Positions 47,806-61,690 of a DNA stretch of 64,000 nucleotides are shown here, piece after piece. The DNA is from Nageia nagi (Eukaryota; Plantae; Pinophyta): contig JBITNC010000001.1 in assembly GCA_050084985.1 (NCBI GenBank), forward strand, positions 6,262,001 to 6,326,000. Direction: 5' to 3'. Position 1 is the stretch's first letter. Each line of letters opens with the position of its first letter. Both the position numbers and the translations under genes were made by a program. The notes beneath the pieces were generated by a model. That model saw nothing but the letters and a program-made list of their open reading frames with translations, was not told where the DNA came from and ran no database searches.

Positions 47806-48050
47806 CTTGACTAGTAGTATGGTCAAGTTGGCATTTTTTATGGCATGAAAATCTTTGCTTGGAGATATAGTCAAGTGGTTTTGCCTTGTAAATCTTGACT
47901 TGATGGTTTGGTCAAGTAGGCATTTTTGTGATTTGAATTGATGGTTTTGTCAAGTTGGTTTTTTTGTGGCTTAGAAAATTTTAACTTGATGTTATAGTCA
48001 AGTTGATATGCCTTATGAATCTTGACTTGGTGGTTTAGTCAAGTTGGCAT
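47806..48050. repeat. Six palindromic units CTTGAC-N10/11-GTCAAG
   Basis: Units at about 47806, 47853, 47894, 47933, 47981 and 48021. Three are exact and three have a degenerate left arm. Confidence 0.75.
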
Positions 48051-49314
48051 TTGATGGTTTATGATATGGGTAAGATAACATAGTCACATAATTATTTGAT
48101 TGATGAAGTTATCATCAAGAGGGAGAAATAAGTTATAAAAATATTATGATGTGATGACACCCTCACATACCAAAATAAATGCAAAATAATTATTAAAACA
48201 AATAAACACAAAAACCAAACAAACATAAAAACTAAAAATCAAAGTTTTTATTTATGTTTGATGATATTTTTTATCCTTGGTTGAGAATGCATTTGATGAT
48301 GTTGTGCACATATGATATTGTTGATATCATGTTATGGATGATACATTTTGTTTAGTATGTACATGTGATATTCTTAGATATTATAGTTGATGATGTATGT
48401 CATCTTTGATGTTGTGCATATGCAATATGCAATGACTTAGTATCTTTGTGCACCATTTGATTAGTGTATGGGTGACATTTATATTATACGAGTGTATATG
48501 ATGCATCTAATTGATCTTGTTTATGAGTTGCTTGTAGCTGGCAAGTTTCTTCTTGCAATTGGAGGTTACTTCAAGGATGCAAGCTCATGGAGGCTTATCA
48601 TGTCAACATGTTGTTGAATGACTACTCTTGTACATTGAAACCATTTATGCTTAATGATTCTATTGTAAAACTATTTATTAAAATAGTTAAGTAGTTGATC
48701 CATTGTAGAACCATCTATATTCTATTACTTTATCGTAAGTTTTCATCTTTGATTGTATTCTTATGGAGAACTCTCTTACTCTTTCTCTTTGTCTTTTTGA
48801 CTCTCTACACTAATATTGCATTAAGGGGGAGTGTTGGAAATTATTATGCATTATTGTGTAATATCTCTCTTTAATGGAAACCCACAATATAAACCCACTT
48901 AATGCTAAAAGTATCTCTAGATACCTTAAAGCATTAAGGGAATGAATATGGAAACACTTTAACCTTACCCTTGGGTAAAAAAGAGGTTAAAGAGTGGGTT
49001 TCATCCTATAAATAGAGAGGTACCCCCTCTCATTATGTACCTGTAGAAGCATGAATATGCTAGTCTTATAGAGTCATAGGAATACTATTGTAGGAGCTTT
49101 GTAGAAGAATTATTGAGAATTTGTAGGAGAGTTATCTTGTGAGAATTAATGGAAAGGATGGTTCAAAGTGGATGTACTCCCATAGTTGGAGGAACCACCA
49201 TACACGGTGTGTTATCATTTGTGTGATTGGTTCTTGCTTAGTTAGATGGTTTAATGTTAAATTTGTTGGAGAATCTTCAAGGTGATCTTGGTTATGGAAT
49301 CCTTAATTCCATCA

Positions 49315-50811
49315 GAAACTACTATGATTTCTCAATCTATATCTTCCTACAAGATGACAAGATCTTCTTAGTAACTTCTCTCCAATAGGACGAAGAGATA
49401 TCCTTAAGAATCCTCCTAATATCCTCCAATAGGTAAATAAGATCTTCTTAGAAACTTCTCTCCAACAATATGAAGATATCTCCTTCAAAATCCCCTTAAG
49501 ATCTTCCAATAGGATGATAAGTTGTACTTCAGTAGTAACTCTTTGATAGGATGAAGAGATCATCCTTAAAACTCCTCTAGAAGTTTCCTTAGTAATTCTT
49601 ACTCGATAGAATGGTAAGATCTCAACTCTTCAAATTAGCTCAAAATAATTTATGTGGGAAACCCTTGAATCCAATAGGATGGTAAAATGAAGGCTTTGAT
49701 ACCAATGTGATGACCCCAAACCATTGGCTCAAGCTCAAACATGCCCTAAGAGAGGGACATCTACCTTTGACCTTTAGATCAAACATGAAATAAGATAAAA
49801 CATCCAACATATAGCTATTGATAGTAAGAATGAAGTAAACAATCCATAATTATACTTAATTACCTAAAATAGGTGATTAGGAAGCTAAACACGAGTAAAC
49901 AATGCCAAATACACTTCCAGATCTAATGTCTTAGGAATAATAAGATAATAACAAAATGATAGCAACATGAAATTATATTGATATAACAATGAAGAGATCA
50001 ATTACATATATTTTTTGGAACTAAGGAGCTTACACCAAAATTGCCTCCAATAGGGTTATTGTGGATGGCTCTACAACCTCACTAATCGTAGCAATGATAA
50101 GGCCAAGCCTAGGGCCTCCCTATTTCTCTCTAATAGAACAACCTAAGTTCCTCTCCTGAAAGGCTAGAGTAAGAAAGAGGCTAACCTTCAATCACCTTAA
50201 GATCTCAAATGCAGACTTGCACCTATAAGTGGAAAAATAGAGTTCTCACACTTAATATGGAAAGGGGTTTTAATCCTAAATTTAACATATCTTAAATGTA
50301 GCACAAGATCCCTTTATATAGCCTCCTTAAGTCCAATGTCTTCATTCTAGTGCCTTCAAATCAACATAATCACATCTTATGGCTACGATACCCTCTCACA
50401 TGGATTGCCTCACCTACTAATATATTGGGATTGATGTAATCATATCCAAGAGTGATTAATACTCCTCATGATGCAACATTGCCTTCTTGGATGATTCCCA
50501 TATGCTCATGTCATGTGGTTCCCTTGGAATCAAGCGTACTCTACCTCAAGGTAAATGTTCCACCTTGGAGGGGAGTAAATCACCTTAGGATGCCAAATTC
50601 CAACTCATCAAGGCTAGAGATATGCAACATCCCTTTAGAAGAGACTAATATTGTATTTAAAATCAATAATAGCCTTGGTATCATCATTACATCATTATTG
50701 GTATTATTACAAATATCATTAATTACAAATATGAAAATGCTCCTAACTTAATGTAAATCACACCTAAATTAATGAATTATCAATTGCAGATCCTTAGAGG
50801 ATAGATTTCAC
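49315..50811 (-). mobile_element. 5' LTR (~49706-50811), tRNA-iMet PBS and repeat-rich leader of a minus-strand LTR retrotransposon
   Basis: gctttgatacca at 49693-49704 (reverse complement TGGTATCAAAGC) abuts TGTGATGACCCC at 49706. tccaatagg-containing repeats span 49380-49680. The distal LTR end is uncertain. Confidence 0.6.
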
Positions 50812-51019
50812 TCTCAAATGAGAGTAAAACATGGATTTTCATGCACGCACAATATAAGTAGACTAGCTTAGCAGATAAACTTTCAAGTGCCATAACTCCT
50901 TCATTTCTTGATGAAACCTAATCATATAAACTATAAAAATGATTGGCACAAGGTCCTATTTCAATTTCAATTATCTCCTTAAAATAAAAATTAAGTAAAA
51001 CCTTACTGATTGGGGATGT

Positions 51020-51260
51020 TACACCAAGTAGAAACATGCACACACCTAATTTAGGTTTTATGGGTATTTTGGCAATGAAGTTCAAAGCTTCCTTAGGATA
51101 GCTTGCATGACCAAGAAGGTAAAAAATACAGGTATAATGATTCATAAAAAAGAATAATGCAATAAGATTCCCTCATGTTGTAAGGGTTTATTTCACATTT
51201 TGCATACATTTCAATGAAGGAATTGAACACCACAACATTTGATTTACAAGCACCAAGTAG
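51020..51260 (-). pseudogene. Internally deleted PLS/E-class PPR gene fragment
   Basis: Minus strand NVVVFNSFIEMYAKC followed by HYTCIFYLLGHASYPKEALNFIAKIPIKP..VCMFLLG (consensus HYxCMVDLLGRAGxLxEAxxFIxxMPIxPxxxVWxxLLGAC). Confidence 0.8.
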
Positions 51261-51276
51261 ATGAGAAATTTATTAA

Positions 51277-52830
51277 TGTTCTGATTATGGAATATTAAGC
51301 AATTACATATATAGTTTTTAGTATCTGTATAAGACAAATGAGATGAACGAGAAGTATTCTTCTCATGACCTATAACAAACCATAACAAGCCAAACCATGT
51401 GATCACTACAAGAGAAATACACATGCTCCATAATATTCTAAGGGAATATACTAACCTTATTACTAAAACTTAACTCTAGGGAGTTAATTATTCCAACATA
51501 CAACCCCTTGATGCTAAGGGACTCATCCATGAGTTCTTTAAGCATCACAAAGTTGGAAGAAAATATTTCTCTTACTTTTTTTCTAATCCTTTAATAAAAA
51601 ATAAAAAAATGTAAAATATTATCTTGGGCACTCCTTCTACTTCTCATGTGGTATCTCCTTAATTATTGTTGTTATTCCTTCATGATTGAATGCGTTCTTT
51701 TGTTGAGTATCTCCCATTTCAACAAAAGTCCCTCTAATTGTGGTTTTCAACAACCACTCTCTCACATCTTCATCATTATGGTATTTAAACCATGCTCTTA
51801 CATTTTGATCATGATTAAAATACAATATTCTAGATGAGTATTTAGAATTAATCATCTCACACACTATTCTCTCACAAATCTCTACACAAAAAATCAAAAC
51901 AAACATGGCCATGAAATAACCTATTACATATGCAACAAAGAGTTTCTCCTCACACAAAGTTTCTCTCTTAACTATGACCTTACATGGTTCTACATCATAT
52001 AAAATAACATTTTAATTTTTACCATCACTCCATGTGAGTGATTTTCTATTCCAACAATTGATGATGCCTCCAAAATTCACCACAACTCAAAGTTCACCAA
52101 TTTTGGTTTCTTCTTCATTTTCTTTCTCTATCTCATCTATGAGATATTCTTTATCAACCTTCACTCTTTGTGAGTGATATTCTTCCATGAGCATGGATCT
52201 TATGGATTCTATCTCTTCTTCTTCAATACTTGGGTAATCATGCCACCAAGTTCTTGCATCTTCTTTTGCTCTTTCAAGAGAGCACACATCCATTACAATT
52301 GAATGGTCTTCATCATAAGGAGACAACGATGCTCCTTGTCTTTATAACACTCTTCTTTGAGTGTTTCTTCTTCTTATTTATGATTCTTCACCAATGTTTT
52401 CATACTGATTTGGTGCCTTTTCATGAAGCACTCTTCATCTACCTCATCTTATTTTTAGTTTTCTACTTTGAGGTGGTCTTCATCATGTGTCTCTTCAATG
52501 AGACTCTCCATCTTCTCCTCTCCTTTTGAAAAGAAGAAGGTCTTCAATCTTGCTCTCTTCCATGAGAGTTTTTTCATCTCCATAAGCATACTGTAATGCC
52601 CTCAAAGCTATTTGAGCCACCTTACATTTTGCAATGAGAGGTAACAATTTTTCTCCAACACCTCTCCTTAAATCCATTAGAGAAATGCAATTTTTTATGT
52701 TACTATTTTTCTTCTCTCTTTTGTCCTCTCCTTCAAGAGAGCTCCAAGATGAGGGTTCTTCATAACCTTCAACAATGGTCTCCCATTAGCCTTTAGCAAT
52801 GACCAAATGCCTCATTTTACAACTCTAATA
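51277..52830 (-). mobile_element. Non-autonomous Ty1/Copia derivative (gag remnant, no pol, short 3' LTR ~51498-51277)
   Basis: Minus strand KMRHLVIAKG.WETIVEGYEEP..RRGVGEKLLPLIAKCKVAQIALRALQYAYG (Copia gag), then aaggggttgta|TGTTGGAATAA...AACA. Confidence 0.6.
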
Positions 52831-54599
52831 ATAATAATTATACACATTAAATTTGGGCACATTCAAGCCATCAAATATGGAGTCTATATTTCTTTAAAAA
52901 GCTTTCAATACTACTGGAGTGATAAGTTTTCAATTTACCACTTAATTATATCAATCTATGATAGGTGTCTTCAACAATATGCAATTTAAACTCAATTTAT
53001 TTCCTTGTTTCTCTATTACACTAAACACACTATAAAGCATTTCTTACAAAAATTGAGATAAACTAAATTCATATGTAATCAAATAATCTTGATAACAAAT
53101 AGTAAATAGATTTAAACTATTCTAACTAAGAAACACCTGTTAGTTGGAGTGGGCCCTCCTCCTTCCAACAAAGCTTTCAACACAAATTACATATCTGAAT
53201 TCAACTTGATACTTGTATTATTTTAGAGAATAATTATAGCACAGTTTCTCTATTTACTAACTAACTAATACTTCTCAAATAAAGAGGTATATATAATGAA
53301 ATTTACTAAAAACTATGTTGGAATTCCTCATAACATTTACATTGTGATAAACATAGCATTTCCAGTACTCTAATCTTCATGATATCATTTAGGAACGATA
53401 ATGTTGTGAGTCACTTTACTACAAATATGAAGTTTTATTCATAATCTTTATCTTCCTTAAATATCCAAGCTAACTATCCAAAAATCACTCAATATGCACT
53501 TGGTCATGATATCATAATGATTTTGGAGCCTCTTTAGCTATAATTATGCAATCAAGTTCTTCTTTAGTAACATCTATCATCTTGGAGTTTTCACAAATTC
53601 AGGACTCTCCTAAAATTCAGGAGGTTCCTAGAATTTTGGAATTATCATAAGTGATCAGCTTCAGATTCATGCCTGAACCATTTTAAGATCATCTCATGGA
53701 ATTCAAGAGATGCTATTTTGGAGCTCAACCAAATGGGATAAAACAATATCATTTTCATGATGTTTCTAGAAACCATTTTGAGCATACTTTATTCATTACA
53801 AAATACTAGCACTATATAACCACAAAACACATTAAATCCCACAAATATATGAAACATATGAAAATTAAACAAAGTTGCATTTAACTTCAAAATAAACATT
53901 ATTAATATATTCTAAATATGATTAGGGGATAAAAGTCTTTCCAAATTTAGCATAAATATAGAGTCTTTGCATCAAAATAGAGACTATTCCGAGTCTCATC
54001 ATTCTTCCCAACTTATAATATTACTACCCTTGTAGTAATCAAAAAGTATTAAACTAGTTTAAAGTCTTTTACAAATTTAGAAGATCAATAGTTGCTATCT
54101 CATCATTGTCTCCTAAATTAACAAAGTCTTTTGTATTGGATGCTTGCATCATGCAATTGAGATCATAAGGCTTTAAACAAGCTAGAATTTCTGATGGGCA
54201 CCTAAAGGAAGAGGTTGCTTGTTGGTAATTGCAATATCATCCAGATTAGGCCTTTCTATATAATTTCCAAGACCATAGCTCAATTTGACCTATGTTTCCC
54301 AGAGTCTAAATAAGGCATCATATTATGGCCCATCATCTATCTAGGATGGAGTTGGATGTAGAATCAATGGAGGTCTATATTGTTGTCCTACCTAGTATAA
54401 AGGTTGTGTAGAAATAATTTGCACTATAGCTTCAACTCTTTTCCTAATCCATTGTAAATTGGTTGGAGAAATTTCCTCCCTTTTCTTTTTATTTACTATC
54501 TACATACCCCACCTTCTATTACAAGCTCATAATACCTTATCAAAATGACGAGTGAGAGAAATGTTACACTCCTGAACACATGCTTCCATTAGCTGAATG

Positions 54600-56900
54600 T
54601 ATTGGTCCTTGAATTTGTTGACCTATGTTAATAATATAGATGTGGTTACATCATTATAGATTGGTTGTTTTTTGACTAAAAAGCTATCAGTCAAACTTCT
54701 CTATTGAATTTGTTCACTATCATTTTCCACTAAACTTGATTTTGAAATAAAAAAACAAATGCCTTTAATTGAATATCACCCACATAAATACTAGGAAGAA
54801 ATTTAGTATCATCACTCAGTAAAAAGTTATGCATGTATAGTTCACACAACAAATACTTCTCCTATTCTGTTGCCTTAAAGTATGCTCACAGGAACTCAAC
54901 ACCATACTTCAATTCATAAGGTAGACCCTTACGAATTTTGCTGACTTGCCATTTTAAGAATTGTTCCTTAAGATACATACTGTAAATAGGAGAAGGTTAC
55001 CTTACTTTCAAAACTTCCTTGAATATCATGCACATGTCCATAATGGCCTTTTTAATTAAATTGACATCCTTATTCTCCTTTTTCATTGTTGCAAGTGTTT
55101 TGGTGTACTTAGTTTCTTTCTCTTCAAGAGCTTGTGTTTTAACAATAATATGTTGTTCCAATTGCATTACTTATTCTTGCTTTTGTTTGAACAGATTAAA
55201 AATCTATTTCATTTCCTCCTCTTCACATACAAATTTTGTCCAATTCTTTTGCATTGTTTGTGATTTTTTTGTTATAACTAAAACTAAAGTTTGATGTTTA
55301 GCTAGCCTTATTTATACACTTTCTAAAGTGGAACACTTGTTCTTCAACTGCTGAATTTCATTCTCTAAAATAATATTTTTATTAAGTAATTTTTCATTGC
55401 TTTCTTCTATCAATAGAAGCTTGGACTTTAATACCTGAACATCAGGTGTTTCTACTATAGCTACCTTGTTAGTAGCTTCTACTAACTTGTCAAGATTAGT
55501 TAGCATGCATTCTTCTTAGACTTTTGTAGGTTGTGGCTAGTCTTTCTCAAGACCTGAGGTCTATACTTTTTCATCCTTAACTATTGTAGGCTAAGAGTGG
55601 TCCTCCCCAACTAGTTTCATAGCTTCCTCTTCAATATGTAATTATTCATCTACTGGAAATGTCTCCTATGGAATACTAAAGACAAATTCTGAAGCTTGCA
55701 TTCCTTGGTTGATTTCCTCCACTATAGTCTAATAATATGACTCTTCTTCTTCCATGATTTTATGCAATCTCTTAACTCTACTAGAATTTTGGCTATGAAT
55801 AATAAGAGATTTCCTCTTTTCTCTTTTCTTTCCACATCTGACCACTACATCCTCCTTAGCTTGCAATTTTGGTTCTTGGATTATTTCAACGGGATCTGTT
55901 AGAGAATTTTCTTTGTTAATATCATCATGAGGTGTCATAGGGACATCTTTTGGAATTTCCTCCTCATGACGGGGAACTAAATTCTCCTAACATTCTTGAA
56001 TTCCAAATGATTCTCTAATGAATTATGTATGGGACATATACTCCTATTTGATGGAATTCAATGTTTGCATCCATAGGTATGGGTTTAGAACTATCAGATT
56101 CTTCCTCCCCTTCTTCTTGGGAATTTTCCTTAGCACATTGATTGATAAATTGGTCCCAAGTTGCTTTGCCATTCTCTTTTCTTAGAAAGTATTCTTTATA
56201 GAGTATTCTAATGAGTCCATGATGTTTTAGGGATAGTAATTTATTACATTAGTTTTCCCTAACTTTCTTGAACATTTTCTTAAGACTTTGGTACAAGAAA
56301 TAGGATAAATTGCATGTTTGATATTCCTTATATCTCAATAAAATTAACAATTTCAGATGATGATCCATCAAAGTAGGGTGCTATACTTCACAAGTTAGAT
56401 ACCTCATCAACCATTTGGCTACTAAGGTCCTTTTTTTGGGAAAAGATTCCCATTTTAATCCTTAAACATGCCCCTAGTGGCGTAAATTTTAGCTTTGGGT
56501 TCATTTGTGGGATGAAATCTATTAACTAAGCTGAAATAATGATCTCTTATTTAAATCTTCCCCTATCTTAGGTAATCATGTATATTCACTAATTGAGTTT
56601 ATGGTAATTGGAATAACATGACCCTTCAAAGTGATAGAATTTGCTTGAAAGTTCTCAGCAAAATCCAGAGCTAACTAGTCATTATGCCCTTCAAAATTTT
56701 CAAAGAATGATAGCAAATTGAACTTTTGAAAGGTTTTTGTTACCTGAGCACTGGCCTTCAACTCATCTACATTATCTGGTTCATGCTTACACTTTCCTCC
56801 CATTATTTTAGACTTCCTAATGATCTTGGAGCTTGCTTGAAGAGGGCTCGAGTTGGTTCAACAGTGAAACTAGCTTCTAAATGCAATTTCTCAATCTATT
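54600..56900 (-). pseudogene. Decayed extra ORF(s) of the Athila-like element (putative plant transposon protein followed by acidic and coiled-coil segments)
   Basis: Minus strand FFENFEGHND.LALDFAENF, LMRYLTCE, NLSYFLYQSLKKM, HHGLIRIL, then the coiled-coil ORF 55312..55506. Confidence 0.55.
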
Positions 56901-59900
56901 CTCAAAAATTTAAAGTATGATGATAATGATTGATTTTCCCATGCAACATTTATTTTGGAATCTAATTCAAAAGGATCTAATAGTGATAGATTCTACCACA
57001 TGTCCTTTTTACTCATGCTTTGTACTATTTTTTCCATAAAGCATTATCTTTGGAACGTGCTAAATCCCAAAGTCATATCAGAATTTATTAATTCTATTAA
57101 TTTGAAATTAAATACATACCTTGTAATAATGGAAACATAATTGATGGGATGGATGCAACTGATTATTATGAAATGACATGAAAATGGTTATTATAGTATT
57201 TACTTGATCAGATTAGATCCATCAATAGATTTGAAGAACACATCATCCAAAATCATCTCGGCATTGCATTCCATGATGATTATGTTGGTAATCATGTTGA
57301 GGTGTCCTTCCACTATAGATTATGAAACTTGATGCTACCTTGTAATCAAGGAGATTGATGTTGTAATCCATTCATTATAATTCGTAAGGATTTACTCTGC
57401 TAACAATTGGAAGGGCTCCTATTTTGAGGACAAGTTTCCTAACGATATGTCTCATTAGCTTTTTGGAGCTAGTGTTAATCAAGTTTCTAGAGGTGGTTGA
57501 CAGAAACATTCTAGAGTTGTTATTTATGTACATTCTAGAGTTCCTTTTAATGAACATCCTGTAACTCCTCAAGTTCTCATATTTCATTTTTTTTTGCATT
57601 CTGGTTCTATTTCCAAAATCAACCTCTTATTACTACTGCAAAAAAGAAGAAGATTAAAGACATAAAATTGAGGAAGATAAACCTTCCTCAATTAAGCATA
57701 GATCTAATTGTTTCAACATTTTAGTGAAGTCCTCCTTTTTCATAGGCAAATTATAGGGATAAAGCCTATGTCCATTTACTAGCATTGCTCTTCTTGAATC
57801 ATCTATTGGCTCAAGTTGCATAATCCCATTATAAAAAAATGAAGAATTTTATAAGGTCCCAACCATCGAGTTTGTAATTTTCCATTGAACTCTTAATACT
57901 TGGAGTCAAACAATAAAGCTAATCCTCTAACTTCAAATTGTATTTTCTTTAGTTTGTTTATCATGCCAATCCTTTCTTTGATGCTGTAGTATCTCTTTTT
58001 GCTACAATGTCTCCCTTCTATATTCATCCAACTTATTTAATTATAGCATTCTATTCTTTTGAATTTCTATTAAATTCATACCAACTTCCATAGCTATTTT
58101 CAAAGTCTGAACTTCAAATTCTATTGGTAATAAGGGCTTCTTACCATATACCAACTCATAGGGGGTAAACCTTGTAGTTGATTTCCATGTAATGTTTTAT
58201 GCCCAAACTACTTCAGGAAGTATGTTAGCCCAATCCTTATTATGTGATTCTACAGTTTTTGTCAAAATATTCTCCAGTTATCTGTTAGTGACTTCAACTT
58301 ATCCATTAGTTTGAGGATGGTAAGGGGAAGCCTTATGTCTAATATGATAATGATCAACAAAATACTTAATCATTTTTGATATAAATTATAGACCTTGATC
58401 TTACACTAAGAATCTAAGGGCTCCAAACCTTTACATAATGTTATTAAGGAGAAAGTATGCTACTTTCTCTTCTTTAGCTTATGCAAGAGCAACTACTTCC
58501 ACCCACTTGATAACATAATCAGTACATATGTTTCCTTCCTTGAGATGTAGGATTAATAGGCCCAATGAAATCTATCCCCCACTATTCAAATGGTTCCAAT
58601 AGTACTTGAGGATTTAATGGCATATATATGGTACTTGTATGTCTCCCCATTCTTTGGCACTGATCACACTGCTTAATATAATTCTTGACATCCTTATTTA
58701 AGGATAGCCAATAGAAGCTTGCATGTAAAATTTTAAGAGCTAACTTTTTATCTACATAATGTACTCCAGTAGGCTCATCATGACAAGCCCTTCGAATATC
58801 ATAAACTTCACTTTTCATTACACATTTTATAAGAACATTATCTACTTCATACTTATACAAAGTACCATCTATCCAAGTATAAGTAACACTCTCCCTTATC
58901 AATTGTTTCTTTTATCTTGGAGAAAAATGAGGAAGTTATCTTTCTATTACTGAATAATTTGCTATGTCTACAAACCAGGGTGAGTGTACAGATATGAAAA
59001 AAAAAATTCATCAAGAAAATAATCCTACATAGTTTCATCATTATTTCCACTAATTATTCATGATAAGAAATATACCACTACATTGGCTTTTCCAAGTTTA
59101 TCCACAATAGTAACATGAAATTCTTGAAGTAATAACAACCATATAATAATCCTTCCACTTACTACAAGTTTATTCATTAAATACCTAATGGATACATGAT
59201 TTGTAAGGAAAAATACTTGATATATTGTAATGTAGTGCTTGAACTTGTTAATTGCATATACTACTGCTAAGAATTCTTTTTTTGTAGTAGTATAATTTCT
59301 TTTAGCTCCAACTAGGTTCTTGCTAATGCAATATATGGTATAATGTGACTTATCTACATTCTCTTATCCCAATACTAATCTAATTACATAATTAGATGCA
59401 TCAAAATGAATATGAAATGGTAAATACCAATCAGGTCCTCTCAACACTGGAGTAGTTATCAGCTTTTGTTTAATCAATTGAAATGAAATTTCATAGTCTT
59501 GTATCCATTCAAACTCAATATCTTTATGAAGTAGCATAAACAAAGAGGCTGATATCTTACTAAAGTTTTGGATAAACCTTCTATAGTAACAACATGTCCC
59601 AAAAAGCTTCTTATGTCTATCTAGTTTTTTGGAATATGTAGTTGTTCAATTACTTCCACCTTCTTTAGATCCACCTTTATACCTTGGGCTAAGACATGAT
59701 ATATCAACACAATCCCTTCTTGCATCATCATAAAACACTTTTTATAACTAAGGTAAAGGTTATGGTACTTACATATTTGTAATAACCTATCCAAACTATT
59801 TAAGGCTTGGTCAAATGTGTCCTCATAGACTATAAATTCATCCATGTACACCTTAACACAATCATGTGTTAGATCAACAAAAATTGCTAGTACAACTCTT

Positions 59901-61569
59901 TAGAATGTGGCAAGTGCATTGCATAGACTAAAAGGTAGAACCTTATAAGCATAGGTACCCCATGCATAGGTGAATGTGTTCTTCTCTTGATCTTCTTCTA
60001 CTAAATCTAATTCTATCCACTAAAACCATCTAGAAATGAGAAGTACTTCTTACCAGCAAGTGTATCCAAAACTTGGTCAATGAATGGCAAGGGAAAATGA
60101 TCCTTATGTGTAGCCTTATTTAATGCTCTATAATATATACATAATGTCCATTTTCCATTATTCTTAGGTACTATCACCAAATTTGAGGCCCACTTATTAT
60201 TTGAAATAGGAAAGATGAAATTTACCTTCAGTAATTTCTCAATTTCTTCCTTAACTATGTCCCTCAAGGCTAGATTAATTCTTCTTGTATGCTATTAAAT
60301 AGGTCTTGATTCATCAGTTAAATATGATGTTGACAAATTCTAGAATCTATTCCTTTCATATCACTATAATCCCATACAAACACTGATTCATTTGCTTGCA
60401 GTACTCTTAGTAACTTCACTTTTTGTTCCTCTGTAAGCTAGCTATTAATATTTAATTTTTTTCCTAGTTGTACTTCAACCAATTTAACTCCTTTTGTTAG
60501 ATTACTCCATCAGGAACTTGAACTAAGGAATTCAAAGGATAATTATGATACAAGAGTGAATGATATAATTTTATCCTTTCCCTAAAAATTTCACCTCTTG
60601 GAACAATGTGAGTAAGAGGACATTTAAATAATGACATAAAATTTGCTTACTGATTAGATGGCATATTAAAAGCCATTTTCTGCAAATGTGATCCTGAGGA
60701 CTCCTCAACTTGGGATGTTTTCCTTACTTCTCCATTTCCTATAGATGACAATGTTTCTTCCAATTCTTCAATATGCTCCTTGATAGTAATGGTAGATAGA
60801 GATGCAAAGTTCTCAAGTTCATCATATTCTAGCCCATCTACCCATAACTAATCTTAATACTCAAGAGTGGGTTGTGTAGGAGGATACAATGAGATGATAT
60901 TAGAGTTTTGACCATTTATGATTATCATATCACTTGATCTACAATTGATAAAAGTAGTTGCTATAAATAACCATGATCTTCCCAAAATTATTGGATATCC
61001 ATTATGAGCTCTAGTCTTCTAGATCAAGAAATCAACTAGATAATCCAATGATTCCATAGTGATTTGGATATCTTCAAATATATGTTTAATCTTAATAATC
61101 AATTGGTCTTCCATTTGTAACATAGTAGGTGTAGGATTCATTCCCAATAATGCAAGCTTTTTAGACATTTCTACTATCAGCATGTTAATTGTTGCTCCTA
61201 GATCAACAAATACATTTGAAATTTTTGTATCCTAATTAGAACAATAATAACAGGGCTTCTTGGAACACATACTTAAGGTTTATTAGCTTATTTGAGAGTA
61301 CATACACCAATTTACCATCTACCTAAATAGTTTTTGGGTAGAATTTTTTTCTTCCTGGCTTTTGAATACAGAGTTCTTTTCCCAACTTATTGAGTTTTGG
61401 TACTAATTAATTGCTTGTAAAATAGGTACTGATATGTTCAACTTCTTCAATTCCCTCAATAATTCTAATTCCTTATTTTCTTGCTAAACCTTTAATCTAT
61501 AAGGGTATGGAATCACCTCCTTATTTTCACTTTTTTGTACTTTAATCTCAGTTTGATCAGGTTCTTTTG

Positions 61570-61690
61570 ATATGCTAATATCTTCATCATCTTATGTATC
61601 AGTAATTATTAGTGGAGTTGGTTCACAGAATATGCTAATATCTTCATCATCATGTGTCTTAGTGATTATTAGTGGAGTTAGTTCACATAA
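61570..61690. repeat. 60-bp tandem duplication within the gag-pol linker
   Basis: atatgctaatatcttcatcatc...attattagtggagtt(g/a)gttcaca occurs twice. Confidence 0.85.

Larger units (their letters stand above)
47355..49314 (+). mobile_element. 3' region and LTR (48832-49314) of an LTR retrotransposon with multiple AAGGGGGAG tracts and internal tandem repeats (SIRE/Copia-like organisation)
   Basis: Purine tracts at ~47360, ~48117 and ~48823. The last abuts TGTTGGA...TCCATCA, which contains a cctataaatag TATA box at ~49005. Confidence 0.6.

Noticed and set aside
47806-48050. Palindromic repeats with spacers resembling CRISPR
   Set aside because: Spacers fall into two recurring related types rather than being unique, and the array sits in a retroelement 3' region.
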